The notes: generated from the sequence alone by a model not told the origin. A DNA stretch of 64,000 nt from Azolla caroliniana (GCA_043228905.1 JBHGNT010000017.1:4278001-4342000); one strand, 5' to 3'; counted from the stretch's first letter, positions 51,001 through 64,000 are shown. Made by a program: numbers and translations.

Positions 51001-54000
51001 TTGTCATAGCGAAGGACAAGAGATCCTTTTGAAAAAGTATATTTTCTTGACCTTTTATCATAATACTTCGTCCTCCTCCAAGCCTGTCGTATATAATGCT
51101 CTATTGCTTCCTCCCTTGAATATTGTAGAATATGGTTTTGTGACAACCTATCCATCATGGCTTAGCATTCTTCATCACGTAGAGATGCTCTCAAGAGTCG
51201 ATTGCTTCTAACTTGAAGTTCAATTGGAAATAAAGCTTCTTGTCCATACACTAAGAAGAAAGGTATAAAAATGACTTATATGATATACGATTGGCCCATA
51301 GAGCATCATCAAGGAACTTATCCCATGTTCTTATTCTATTTGTTACAAGTTTTTGAAGATTTTTATGACTTATATGATATACAATTGGCCCATAGAGCAT
51401 CATCAAGGAACTTATCCCATGTTCTTATTCTATTTGTTACAAGTTTTTGAAGATTTTTAACCAAAATACCATTTACCTTTTCGACCTCTCCATTAGCTTG
51501 AGGATAATAGGGAGTAGAATACCTATGTTTGATCTTTAACCTTTCTAATAAGCAAGCCAACACTTCACCACGAAAACTTGGACCGTGATATGGTACAATG
51601 TCTAGCGGTACACCAAATCTCGTACAAATATTACGGTAGATGAATTGAGCCACATCCCTTACTTTAATCGAGGATGTTGTTGTTGCTTCTACCCACTTAG
51701 TCATGTAATCAATAGCTACCAATATGAACTCTTTACCATTTTGGGTTCTTGGAAGGGAACCCACTGCATCAATTCCCCAGTTTTCAAAGGGAGCAAAAAC
51801 CACAATAGGATGCAAAGGGCCCTCTTGAAGATGTCTCCTTCCTGCCTTTTGACAAGCATCACACGACTTGCACCATTCATGAATATCTTTATGGATAGAA
51901 GGCCATGTAAAACTTGTTAATAAAAATTTTCTCAACATGATATCATGAGAAAAATGCCCTCCACAAGCCTCCTCATGCATCTTTTGTAAGATCTCCACAA
52001 TTTCCTCCTTAATAGGCACTCGTCGTAAAACACCATCTTTGCTTTTATGATATAAGTCCTTATCCACCATCATATATTGGGATGCTCTCACCACTAATCA
52101 TTTTCTTTGTATAGGATTTAAACCTTTAGAAAAATCACCACCATTAAGAAACTCACATGCCTCCATAAGGGATGTCGCATCTTTACACTCTTCCAAAACG
52201 CATATTGTCTCAAGTTTCAATTTCTTTAATTGATTTTGAGCAAGTCCATCAGTCTCTTTATTGTCCAAACGACTTACATGTTTAGATGAATATCGGGTGT
52301 GATCCTTGCTACAATATATGTAGTTGCTATTTGAAGGATCTATCCTTATTCTTGTTACTTCCGATTTTTCTACTTCGCTCGACTTGCTTTCTGGTGCACT
52401 AAAAAAAAAAGCTTCGACAAGTATTAACAATTGATAGCTTTTTTGTGAATAAAGATAGAGTCCCATTCTACACGTTCAACGAGCGTAACAATGCAAATCG
52501 TGGTAGAAAGAAAATCCCTTGGTTTTTTAACCGTGAGGGTTCGAGCCCCTCTATCCCTAATGGGACTCATCTAATGATGACCCTCCATCGATTCCATGTA
52601 TAAGCTGCAGCTGACGAAACCGCCGGCCCTCTAGATTTTCGTACGGACCTCTTGGACCCTTTCCTGTAGAGGAGGTGCCTTACAAAAAACCGTTAAGTTA
52701 ATTTGAGGAAAAGTGCTCAGAAGTTTATTTATTCTTACACTGGTAAGAGATATAGAAGCCTTTCTTGTAGAGGAAAAATGATAGCTTAATATTGAAGGTT
52801 TGGACTTTGCCTATTCTATATGGACTAGACTAGAGAAACTCTATGCCCAGAAGACGGCAGGTAGCAAACTTTATTGGCTTAAGAAACTTATGGATTTGGG
52901 CATGACAGAGGGTACACCCAGGTCAACTCACCTGAGTGAGTTCAATTCCATTTTCAGCCAGCTGGTTGTCTTGAAATTCATCATTGATGATGAGTTTAAG
53001 GCCACGTTTTTACTTTGCACCTTGCCAGAAAGTTGGGATACTTTTAGGACTGCTATGAGCAATTCAAATACGATGCTTCTTTATGCCAATGTAGAGAGTT
53101 CTCTACTCATGGAAGAGATGAGTTGGCAAAACAATGCATTCGATAAGTTCTCTAGTGCGTTGCATACTAGGGGTAGGTCACAACAAGGAGGCAAATTTGA
53201 TAGTTATGACCGTAGTAAATCACGTGGTAAAGATGTAGAATGCCATCATTGTGGGAAAAAGGGTCACTTTAAATGTGATTGTTTCAAATGGAAGAAAGAG
53301 AAAGGAAAGGGCAAGAAGATAGATGATTGCATAGAAGAGAAGAGAGACATTCAACCGAGGAAAAGCAATACTAAAATTGAAGAGGTGAATATACTCACTC
53401 ATGACAGTGATAGTGGAAATGATGTACTCTTTGTCTCTTCATTAGGGATCGACAACGGTTCGGTTTAGGCTGCCAAACCGGTTAAGCCTAAACTGCTTTG
53501 GGGTTCTCAAACTTGAACCAAACCAAACTAAACCGATCCCTAAACCGGTTTGTGAACTGGCTTGGAAACCAGTTTGTGAACCGGTTTGATGGGCCAATTT
53601 TGGCCTTAGAAGACGTTAATATAACTTTCTTTCTTTCTTTCTTTCTCACGTTAGTGTAGTCTCCCTCTCTCTCTCTCTCTCTCTCTCAGACGATCCACTA
53701 TGTAGTATACAATCTCCCTCCCTCCCCCCCCCCCCCCCCCCCTCTCTCTCTCAAGTTTCTAATTAATTTCTAACTTTGAAGTTTTTCTTTAACCTAACTA
53801 GTAAACCACATAAACGGCTTAACAGGCTTAACCAACTTAACCGGTTTGAGCCTGTTTGGCAAGGCTCAAGCCAAGCCGAACTGAGCTCAAACCGTTTAGT
53901 CAAGCTCAAGCTTGAGCCGAGCTATTCCCGATCCCTACTCTTCATGCCATAGAGAACATGCTTTACTTGCAGATACGGATGGTGACATGCACACTTGGAT

Positions 54001-57000
54001 ACTCGATTCCGGTGCTTCTTTTCACGTCACCCCTCATCGTGAGTGGTTTTCAGATTACACAGGGGGTTGACATGGTGTTGTCCATCTTCGGAACAACTAT
54101 GCATGTGAAATTGCAGGTATTGGCACTGTGCAATTACAGTTTCAGCATGGTTCTGCTTTCACACTTCAGCATGTGCGGCATGTACCTCAGCTCAGAAGAG
54201 CTTGATTAGCACAGGACAGCTAGATGACGATGGATTTCACACCACCTTTGGTGATGGGAAATGGAAGATTCGTAAGGGATCTAGAATTATCGCCATGGGT
54301 AGTAAAAGTTATACTTTGTATCCCTCCATGTATCTAGTGTGAGTGACCATGTTGTTGCCATAACCGAGCAGCCAAGTGTTTCTTTGTGGCATGGCCGGTT
54401 GGGACACATGAGTGAAACTGGTATGAAAGTACTTTCTCGTTTGGGTTACTTGCCTTGTCTTCGTTATGCTGGTTTTGAGCATTGTGATCATTGCATTTAT
54501 GGTAAACATGTACAAACATCTTATAAAAAGTCTCTTTCGCTGAAGTCTTCCCCGCGTGAATTAGTACATTCAAATGTATGTCAGATGCCAGGGCTATCAT
54601 TAGGGGGAAAGAAATACTTAGTCACTTTTGTCGATGATGCTACACGGAAGGTATGGGTTGGAGTGCTTGACAAGTTTCGAACATTCTTGGCATTAGTTGA
54701 GAATCAAATTGATAAGACACTTAAGTGTCTTTGCTCTGACAATGGTGGGGAATATGTGTCCAAGGCCTTTCAAGCATTTTGTGACAGCAAAGGGATAAAG
54801 AGGGACTCACTGCCCCTTATAATCCACCCCAAAATGGGGTTGTAGAGTGTATGAATTGGACTATTCAAGATAGGGTCCGTACTATGCTGTCTCATGCTGC
54901 GTTACCCCATGGTTTTTGGGCAGAGGCTGTTATGACAGCTGTTCACTTGATTAATCGGTCACCTAACAGGTCTTTGGGAGGGGAATACCCCAAGAAGCAT
55001 GGTTGGGCAAGCCACCTTCATATGCTCACTTGAGAGTGTTTGGTGGCTGTGAGGCTTTTGTGCACATTCGTAAAGAAGAACACAACAAACTTGAGCCAAA
55101 GTCTTGCAAATGTATTTTCCTAGGATACGGTGACGAGGGTGAAATGGGGTATAGATTGTGGGATCCCGAGAAAAGAAAAATAGTACACAGCAATGATGTT
55201 ATCTTCCGGGAAAATTGCATGCATAAACAACCCGAAAAGACCGACGAAGTACTTAGGGTTGTATTCTGAGAAGAAATACCTGCAGGAACGGCTAGAACAG
55301 CAAGCTGTTAATGCTGATTTGCAGGCTGAAATGCCTGGACAGCAAGTTGAAAATGATGATTTGCAGGCTCAACAGCTACCAAACAATGCGCATTGGGTTA
55401 GGAGATCGTCTAGAGTTACTAGACAGCCTGACAGATTTGTTCCTGATGAAAACAGTGTGGCTGATTATGTCATGGTGACTGATTGTGGCGAACTGTCTTG
55501 CTTCAAGGAAGCAATGGACAGACAGGACAATAAGAAATGGTATAAAGCCATTTTGTCAAAGATGGAATCTCTTGAGAAAAATGACACTTGGGATTTGGTG
55601 GAGTTGCCTAAAGGGCAGAAAACACTTCCATGCAAATGGGTTTATAAAATGAAGGTCATTTCTGATTCTTCGCCAAAGTACAAAGCAAGATTGGTTGCAA
55701 AAGGATACAAGCAGGAATATGGAGTTGATTTTGATGACATCTTCTTGCCTGTAGTCAAGATGACTACATTAAGAACCATTTTGGGCTTAGTTGCAGCTGA
55801 AGATACGGAGCTCATACAGATGGATGTGAAGACCACCTTTTTACATGGCGATCTGCATGAAGACATATATATGCAGCAGCCTGAAGGTTTTGTGGCTAAA
55901 GGGAAAGAGAAGATGGTTTGTAAGCTCAAAAGGAGTTTGTATGGGTTGAAACAAGCACCAAGATGGCAACCTGATTATCTTGGTTTTGTATGTTGATGAT
56001 ATGTTGATTGCTGGCAAGGATATTCATGCCTTGGATTCATTGAAGCAAAGCCTTCATGGCAGCTTTGATATGAAGGATCTTGGTGATGCAAATCACATCC
56101 TTGGCATGCGAATACTCTGAAACCGGTCGAAAGGGGTACTCTTTCTATCTCAGCAGGAGTATATCTCTAAGGTTTTGCAGCGTTTCAATATGGAAGGGGT
56201 GAAAACAATTGGGGTTCCATTGCCTCCATATTTGAAACTCAGTGCAGAAGACAGCCCTACATCTATAGATGAGAAGGCTGAAATGGCTAACGTTCCATAT
56301 GCTTCAGCCATTGGCAGTTTGATATATGCGATGGTTGCTACATGCCCTGATATTGCTTTTGCAGTGGGAGTGGTTAGTAGGTACATGGTAAATCCTGGCA
56401 AAAAGCATTGGGAGGCGGTGAAAGGTATTATGAGATACCTCAAAGGCACAAAGGACTTGTGCATTTGCTTTGGAAAGCAAAAGACATCTATCGTTGGTTT
56501 TACGGATGTGGACTATGCTGGTCACGTGGACTGCAGAAAGTCTACTTCTGGGTATGTGTTTACTTTCACAGGAGGAGCGGTCTCTTGAATCTCCAGACTA
56601 CAAAAGTGTGTTGCATTGTCTACTACAAAGACAGAGTATGTTGCTGCCACTGAGGCATGCAAAGAGGCTTTATGGCTTTCATATCTAGTGAGAGATCTTG
56701 GCATTACATAGTTACCTATTCTTCGTTGTGACAGTCAGAGTGCTATCATGCTAGCTCGGAATCCCGTCTTCCATGCAAAGACGAAGCACATATAGGTGAA
56801 GTATCACTTCATCAGAGATGTACTTCACAGCAAGAACATTGAGCTTGTCAAAGTACATACAAATGATAATCCTGCAGATCTTCTCACGAAGGGTCTTCCA
56901 GCTGAACGATTTGCTCATTGCCAACAGATGATGGGAGTTGGATAGATGTATGTAGTTCAGCTTTGTACATACTTGGACTTAGCTGAATTTCTTCTTTTTT

Positions 57001-60000
57001 TCTCCTCACGGCATATTGCCTTTAGGTGGGAGGTTGTCGGGAATAAAGGGCCCTCGTGCCTTTTATTAGTGCATGAGTGTGAACGCACTCGTAGCACATT
57101 TTGACTTGTATATACATATATATCTAAAAACCAAAAAATGTGGTACACTCTTTGTACCCAAGACAGCATGCATCTCTCTCTCTCTCTCTCTCCCTTTGTC
57201 TCTCACTCAGACTCTCTCCCTCTCTTGTTGACCTAAACCCTAATCCTCGTGCTGCCCTTCACCAATTGTGAGGCTATTGTTCAATATGTTTTTTAAATGA
57301 ATTTTGAAATGTATTTTCATTGTGATGTTGCAAATCGTTTTCTCTATGTTATCTCTCGCCAATGCCTAGACTTTGAGATAGCTTAGAAGTCACATTCGGT
57401 TGTTATACGTGGCAATGATGATGCTTGTTGGATTTATAGAATCAGAATGCGACCTCTGCATCGGCTGAAACTGAACCAGCCTCTATGGCTGGAATTGATG
57501 AAGAAAATGAAACAATGAATGCAATCAGATTAATTCAAACTTTACAAGAAGTTCTGAATAATGAAAAGGCTCCTGCGAAAATATTTCTAGAGCAGAATGT
57601 GGAGGATGAAGGTAAGTATTACACAAATTCTACAGTGGTTAATGCAAAGAATATGTGAAAAGATGTATGCATATTTGTATGTTTATGTATACAGTATAAC
57701 TACAGCATTCTTTTTGTTTGATCAAGTCCAAGGATGTTCTGATGTGGGCGATGCTGATGTGGTCAATATAACTGCTATTGAGGTTCTAGAAGGCAACGAA
57801 ATAGTGGAGAAGAGCATATCAAGGTCGATTATTGATGAACCCTCACAATCTCATGTGCAAATAGATGTTCTCGAAGCCACTGTAAAGGAGAAGGTTAAAA
57901 AGCAACATCCTCGCCGGCGTGCATCCAAGAAGGATAACGAGTCACTGCCTTCAGAATTTGTCCAAGAGGATCCTTTAGAGAACATTATTCCCCCAACAGA
58001 TTCTTGCATTGACACATCAGTTCTTTCTGAACGATTTGCGGTAAAACAATCCATTGAATGTGCTCATAGTCAAGGTAACGGAAGTCCTTCAGAGGAGGGT
58101 AATGAAGATACATTGGTGGAACGAGTTAAATCGTTGAGTGAAGTCTCACAGAAAGTCCAGAGGAAATCCAAATTTACGGCAGAAGGCAAGAACCGCAGAT
58201 GTTCTCAGACTATTCAATCTTTGGCAACTCAAATTACGGATGAGAATCCATTGCTTGAAGATGATTCTCAAGGTAAGGCTTCATTGAACTCTAGAGGACA
58301 AAAAAGAAAAGATATTATGGTGAAAAAAGAATCACCTAAGACACAGGTAGATCGATCACTTGAGAATGATATTCAAGACAACCCTGCATCAAACACAAGG
58401 AAAACAAAACGGAAAAAAACGCAAGATGGGGCATCCGAACCTGCTGGAGAAGTGAGAAACGCAAGAAATAACATGAGTGAGTCTACAGAGGAAGGCAATG
58501 AAAAGAAGAAACTGAAAAAGTATGTTCCACGTCCAAAGAAAGGTAGAAGATTACCATTCTTTCCATATTTAGATAGCTATTTATTGTTAGGAAAAATATA
58601 CTTTTGATTATCTTCTACGTCATGCTAAGTAGCATCCATCATGTGAAAGTTGGAAGAAAAACTCTATCTTACACTATCCATTGAAGATTTTTGTGACATT
58701 TCAGAAGGTCACATAGTTTACTACATGCATGATGCATTTTCCCACCACATGCATGCAGTCACCCATCAAAAAAAAGAAATACAATGGTTTAATTTTTCTT
58801 CCAGGTCAGTTGAAGCAAGAAAAGGTTATTTGTTCTTTTCTGATCTTGTGTCATTGCTGATTTTGTCAAGCTCTTCAGTGTGCTTCTCCTCTTTCTCCTA
58901 TGTAGCTTGCAGCCAGCCTCCATATAGAATGCTTGTATAATTTCTCCTTATGTGAGTCTATCAGATGCACATTTCATTTCAATCTATCACTCAGTTCCAT
59001 GATCATCTTCTACAGATCCTGGGCGATTAATTTTCTGAATTGTACCTTGAACCAGAGGGCCTCGTAGATTATAGTTTTGTGTTGTACCCCAGTGACTTTT
59101 TAATTTCCACCAGGCTACTTCATAAGTTTAACTTAAATTTTTAAAGATTTACAGACACTTTATTCTTCTCATGTATTTTCTGAAAACAGTTGAGAGACGA
59201 GCAGTTAAAATCAACCCTGCCGATCCAGATTTGGATCTGAAAAAAATGACAATGCGAGATATTATACGACTGGCAGAAAGCAAAGACAGGATGGTAAGTA
59301 TTTGGAAGTAAACAATTACTATGCTATACTCTGGGCTATTTCATTTTTTTCTCTTTCTTGAAAGAAATAAATCAGAAGTATTTGCAATTTCCCAGCAGTA
59401 ACCGTGTCATATGATTTGAGGAATCATGCCTTTTCCATTTTTCTTTATGGTTACATATCTTGTTCCTTAATGATTGTATATTGTATACAGCTAGTTATTA
59501 TGAGGAAATGATGGGATCAGTATGATCCTGGTTAATTTGAAGAATCAGCACTAAGAAATGATGACTATCTAGGATCAAACATGAAAAATACCTCCTATGC
59601 TACACGTCATAAAAAACTCTGCTTATGCTGTCATTGACAACAATTCGAACAATGTTAGCTACCATCAACAAGAAGAGTTAATGTTTACAATCACTATTCA
59701 CTCCTGTTGTTCAGGTTCTTTCGCATTTGTTCTTAGCAAAGATTTATTTCTCCATCATTATTCTAGTCGCATTAACTTACATCGTTAAAAGGGCTATAAA
59801 TATCAACTTAGAAATGTAGGATGCTGATTTGATAACCATATTTTATTTAAACAGTAATTGAAACACAATTGGTGGCTTTTTAATCATTTTCTTCTGTCTA
59901 TATTATAATCTATGTATGTGTTTCAATGTTTTTTAATCATATTCCCTTTACCATGCATCCATGATATGAGTGCTGTTTCAAATTCATATATTCAGGTTTC

Positions 60001-63000
60001 ATTTCTTAGGAAAGTTTCTGAAACATTGCATAGCAGAAATTGAGAGCTGAACAAAAATTGGGGCATTCTAGTTGCTGAAACATCAAAAGTTTTGTAGTTA
60101 GAAATTCAAAATTTCTCTTATGGTTACAGGATTTAGAAAGAAAGAAAGAAAGAAATATTAATGTCTTTTAAGAGGCTAAAATGGCCTATAAGACTAAACA
60201 AAAGATTACATCTCAAACTGTTATTTCGTCTTTGAGAACAGTGAACCCAAAAAAACATAACTAAGTAAAAAGTAAATAGAAATAGAATAAGGCGTGTCTA
60301 AAGAATCTCATCATCTATACATGTAAGATTCTCAAGTCAGATATATTGTATTTTTGTCTTTGAAAGATGTGTAATGTAGGTCGATCCAGAATAGAGAGCT
60401 TTCCAAAGCAAGGAAAGTACGCGTGATTGTGGGGGATAATGACCTTTATCTGTAGATGAGAAGGGTGGTTAGAACATGGTCTACGAGGTCAGCATGGCAT
60501 ATTACTATTGCCTGATATATTGTAATCCCTTTTTATGTCCTGGTCGGGAGCTCATTGGTGTAGCGCTTGATGGACGTGTACATTAGTAGGAGTGATGGGC
60601 GTAGAGAAAGTTCTGGTTCTTCTTTGTTGATGAGCTTGTGTGGCTGTGTCCTTCAACAACTTCTCCCTATGTCTCTTGAGTTCTAGCAAGGAAACCCCCA
60701 GGCATCGTTGGTCCTCATATTCTATTACCCTGCGTAGTTGGCCAAAGCCTTGCCTAAAGAGGCAATGGTATCTCCCACTTATTCCATAAAAAACAGTACA
60801 ATGACATAGTGTTCTTCAGATTCCACTCACTAATGAAACAATTGGCAAATTCTTTCTTCAAGAGGTATTCATGCATATCTGCCTATCTCAAGCGCTAGCT
60901 GATGTGAAGAAGTTTGCAACTGTCCTACCACACTGCGCAGTGCATGTGATGTGATTATGTCCATCTAAGAGGGCCCAATGATGAAATTATCCTCCAATGT
61001 ATGTACAAAGTGTCTTATAGTGGGCCATCTTCCTACTAATAGATGGGGACACTCTAAGATTGGATCACTCTATCCTTTTCCCTTTGATCATGTTTTCTGA
61101 GTTGTAATATCAGTTTGGACCACTCTATCCTTTTCCACTTTGGTCATGTCTAGATGAGGACAATCCAAGCTATATAGGAGTGGAGGTAGTGCATGCGATG
61201 TGAGTCAAACCATAGTTGTGTTTCAGCATACCAATTATGAATATTTCTGTGTTCAGCAATCTTTCTTGATGACATAAGTGCCAACCTTGATTACCTTCAT
61301 TTATGGTGCTCCTAAAGCCGTTGGATACTGGTCACTGGTCAGAATAATGCCTCGATGGTTATTGGGGCTGCTCCAGTCTCTGCCTGGATTATATCATAGG
61401 GCACAAATTCTTGCTCCTTATCATGGGGGCAATCAGTGAGACTAAAGGTCTCGCTAAATCTTTCCTGTTATTTGCTTTCTTAGTTTCAGTCCCCAGGTTT
61501 CTATTCCATAGAGAAGAGAAACAAAGACTTTTATGGATACGATTTAAAAAAAATACTCATGTTCTTCCTGAAATCAAATGTTTTGGGCCCACTTCACTTG
61601 ATATATTTTGTTTTTTGCCTAAAATGTTCTAACACTGCATTCAATATGCTGGTTTTAAGGCATTTTTGTTCCAATTTCTGATATTTATTCAGATATTCTA
61701 TCATTTACGACAGAGTTATCTATTTTGTTTTTTGTTGGTACAAGCTCAGTTGTTATTTCCTTTTTGATAGTTGCGGAATGATGATGCAAAGAAATCAAAC
61801 GAAGCAGCATCAAATGTAACTGTGCTAGAAGAGGATGTTCAAAGGTGACCATTTGAAAATTTATCATTCTGAATATGAATAATCAAGACATGCCATGCTA
61901 GCTAAGCATTAGCTTTCTTTCTGTCACATTTTTTGATGAATAAATCAAACTTTGGTTGTAAATAATACTTAATATTCATATGCTTTGTACAGAACTAGCT
62001 TTGCTCCGCAAGTACAAATCATTGATGGGCGTATTGTCATTAATGAGGAGAGTCTTACTGTTTCTGCACATCCAAAAGATGATATTCGGACTTACAAACG
62101 GGTAGAAGAGACACATTCCAAGCTGAACTATCATAGTTATACGAAAAGGACAGCAAGAGTAAATTGGCAGAAAGATGAGACAGAACGTTTTTATGAGGTA
62201 GTATTTGTGTATGTTATTGCTGATTTTAAATTTTCTCTCATAATAGGGGAAAACTGCAATTGAAGGTGGGGGTAGTTGTTGAACTCCAGATCTATGGCTT
62301 ATAGAGAAATTTCTCTAATGACTACTGACTTAAACATTACTTTTACATGAAATTTGAAGAACTTCTTTTGATACGACAGGCATTAAGTGAATTTGGGACA
62401 AACTTCGCAATTATACAACACCTTTTCCCAGGGAGAACACGCAAACAAATATTTTTGAAGTATAAAAAGGAGGAAAAAATGTGCCCCTTGCGTGTGTCAG
62501 ATGCATTAATGTTCAAACCAATTGGTTAGTTTTATTCTTTTGGTTTTGAACTTGTACCTTCTTGTAGTAACTCCTGTTCAAAGCTATTTAGAGAATAATT
62601 TTGTTTGAGGTGCTACTGTTGCAGAGTGTTCACAGTACATGGAAGTTATGAATTTAATGAATCTTCAACCCACTGAAACAGAAGAACTGGAAGCTAGTCA
62701 ACAGGATTCATTGTCTCTTGACTCAGGATCTAATGGAGAAGTAAGTCTCAATTGTCTCCTCTTGGGCATACTGATATCTTTTGCTTTTACTGGATTTATT
62801 GGTCCAAAGTAAGGCTTAGAGTACTCTAGATATACCAACTACCAGCATTTTAGGTTTAAATGTCTCCTCTAGGGTATACTTTGTCTCTTGACACAGGATC
62901 TAATGAAGCAGGTTTAAATGTCTCTTCTAGGGCATATGGTTTTTTTTTAACTGGATTTATTGATCTGAATTAAGGTTTAAATGCCTCCTCTAGGGTGTTC

Positions 63001-63796
63001 TTTGTCTCTTGACACAGGAGAAGTAAGGTCTAGATGACTCCTTGAGCAATTCACCTGCCAGTATGTTAGGTTTAAATGTCTCCTCTAGGGTGTGCATTGT
63101 CTCATGACTCAGGATCTAAATGTCTCCTCTTGGTATAACTATACCTTTTGTTTTCACTTGATATGTTGGTCTGACAAAAGGTGTAAATTACCCCTCTAGC
63201 TACACAATTGCCAGCACTTCAGATTTAGATGCCAATGTCATGGGCTTTTACTTGGGATACTGGTGTAAATAGTGTTTGTATGTTTCCTCTATGGTATATA
63301 AAATGCCAATACATCTCTTCCAGGGTATACAACATGTCAATCTTTTATGTTGAAATGTTTCCTCTTAGGATATACAAAATGCTCTGGTAGTTTGTGTTTT
63401 TACTTGATATATTGCATGAAGGAGTACAAATGCCAGTGTGTTAGGTTTTAAATGTCTAGGTTGTATACAAAATCCCAACATGTTTTTCCTTTTCCTTGTG
63501 ATATTGATGTTGGTAAATTATTAAATCAGGAAGTACCCGAGATACAGTCTACAATCTATAGGGAGATGGTTTTGAATCCGAACAAAGCTTCACCGATTCA
63601 TGGTGACAATATCAAGGATGAGAAAGAAGTGGTTGTTATGAAGCAACCTGATCATTTTGAAGCAACCAAACATGGTGAGCCTGAAAAACTTGAGATGAAA
63701 CCACCTGATGACAAACTACCAAAATGTAACGAGAGCCCGGTAAAAGAACCGGTTGTACCTCGTAAAAGATCCTTGTTTTCCTATCAAATAAAATGA
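48072..63796 (+). CDS. BDP1: TFIIIB component B'' (Bdp1)-like SANT/Myb protein; proposed exons 48072-48126, 48200-48357, 57440-57611, 57727-58542, 59190-59293, 61771-61844, 61993-62197, 62380-62524, 62625-62740, 63530-63796
   Basis: N-terminal GAFRPKAKPR motif, MTMRDIIRLAE, APQVQIIDGRIVINEESL, LNYHSY..RT..VNWQKDETERFYEALSEFGTNFAIIQHLFPGRTRKQIFLKYKKEEK (Bdp1 SANT domain). Exon phases are compatible across GT-AG junctions. The N-terminal exons are less certain. Confidence 0.85.
50390..52290 (-). mobile_element. Fragment of a non-chromovirus (Tat/Athila-like) gypsy pol: RNase H end and integrase
   Basis: HVSRLDNKETDGLA, HEEACGGH...CDAC, WGIDAVG, YYPQANGEVE and WEGPFVV...GSYQL motifs. Contains a ~93-bp direct duplication (51271-51364 / 51366-51457). 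No LTR. Confidence 0.9.
52300..52785 (+). other. Nuclear plastid DNA (NUPT): 3' part of the trnL-UAA group I intron, trnL 3' exon and probable trnL-trnF spacer
   Basis: AAAGATAGAGTCCCATTCTAC (conserved intron core, ~52450) followed by the trnL 3' exon. Outer limits are approximate. Confidence 0.85.
52511..52559 (+). pseudogene. trnL: Plastid-derived tRNA-Leu 3' exon only (non-functional)
   Basis: AAAATCCCTTGGTTTTTTAACCGTGAGGGTTCGAGCCCCTCTATCCCTA matches the trnL exon 2 pattern (variable arm, T-loop GGTTCGAG, acceptor stem). No 5' exon is present. Confidence 0.88.
53443..53937. mobile_element. 495-bp hAT-type MITE
   Basis: TIR TAGGGATCG...CGATCCCTA, with a perfect 8-bp TSD CTCTTCAT at 53435-53442 and 53938-53945. 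Confidence 0.95.
62711..63480 (+). repeat. Degenerate tandem copies of an exon-end/donor/intron segment in the last BDP1 intron
   Basis: TTGTCTCWTGACWCAGGA at 62711, 62881, 63002 and 63098. AGGTTTAAATGTCTCCTCTAGGG occurs at least 4 times. Confidence 0.82.
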
Positions 63797-64000
63797 TAAA
63801 TAAATTGTTTCCTATGTTGACCTTATTGTTGAGTCTTTAAACACCTTCATCAGAGTGTTATTATTATTCATCTCTTAGTGGAGGTTTGATGTTTGTTGAG
63901 GCTTGACAGTACATCTGTCAAGTGTGTCTCTTAATGGATGCTTGATTGCTGTTTCTAGCAACCAAAGGTGGGGGAATTGAACTCCCAACATATTGGTTCA

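Larger units (their letters stand above)
50158..56945 (+). pseudogene. Copia gag-pol, interrupted by insertions at ~50387-52785 and 53443-53937
   Basis: Gag reads ...LARSTIELSISDAL up to ~50386 and resumes NIEGLDFAYSIWTRLEKLY at ~52788. Pol fragments appear in ORFs 54339, 54851, 55003, 55193 and 56175. Confidence 0.9.
49570..57261 (+). mobile_element. Decayed Ty1/copia LTR retrotransposon inside BDP1 intron 2
   Basis: LTRs 49570-49811 and 57035-57261 (TG...CA), PBS TGGTATCAAAGC at 49815, and PPT AGGTGGGAGG at 57024. Gag CHHCGKKGHFKCDC, protease WILDSGAS, integrase SDNGGEY, RT YKARLVAKG/YVDD, and RNase H. Many stops. TSD is imperfect (ATAAT vs CCAAT). Confidence 0.95.

Noticed and set aside
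52511-52559. Functional tRNA-Leu gene
   Set aside because: Only the 3' exon and part of the intron are present, embedded in a retroelement.
60370-61220. GC-richer block in a BDP1 intron, possibly a TE relic or extra exons
   Set aside because: I found no recognisable motif, termini or phase-compatible exon, so no call is supported.
63961-64000. B-box-like GGAGTTCAATTCCC on the minus strand (tRNA/SINE-like)
   Set aside because: Truncated by the window edge; no cloverleaf or A-box can be confirmed.

Overview
Eukaryotic, AT-rich land-plant nuclear DNA, most likely a fern. The species is not identifiable; the fern call is inferred from the hemerythrin-class GST, the PLS-type PPR relic and the plastid trnL fragment. 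Four host genes can be supported. NUP96/MOS3 is on the minus strand, runs off the left edge and is missed by the ORF track. A 3-exon hemerythrin-class glutathione transferase has an MGTCCS lipid-anchor-like N-terminus and a 7-aa repeat linker. There is an intact 14-exon cellulose synthase (CESA, minus) and a multi-exon BDP1-like TFIIIB subunit (plus). Mobile DNA includes a very young full-length Ty3/gypsy chromovirus (474-bp LTRs, GGGCT target-site duplication) inserted into a ~104-bp tandem array. An older Ty1/copia element fills BDP1 intron 2 and carries both a hAT-type MITE and a composite insert made of a gypsy fragment fused to plastid trnL DNA. Further gypsy relics, a PPR pseudogene and several tandem repeats are present. 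I see no convincing wholly new system; the best leads are the putatively acylated GST-hemerythrin and the composite retroelement/plastid insert. Exon coordinates were read by eye.
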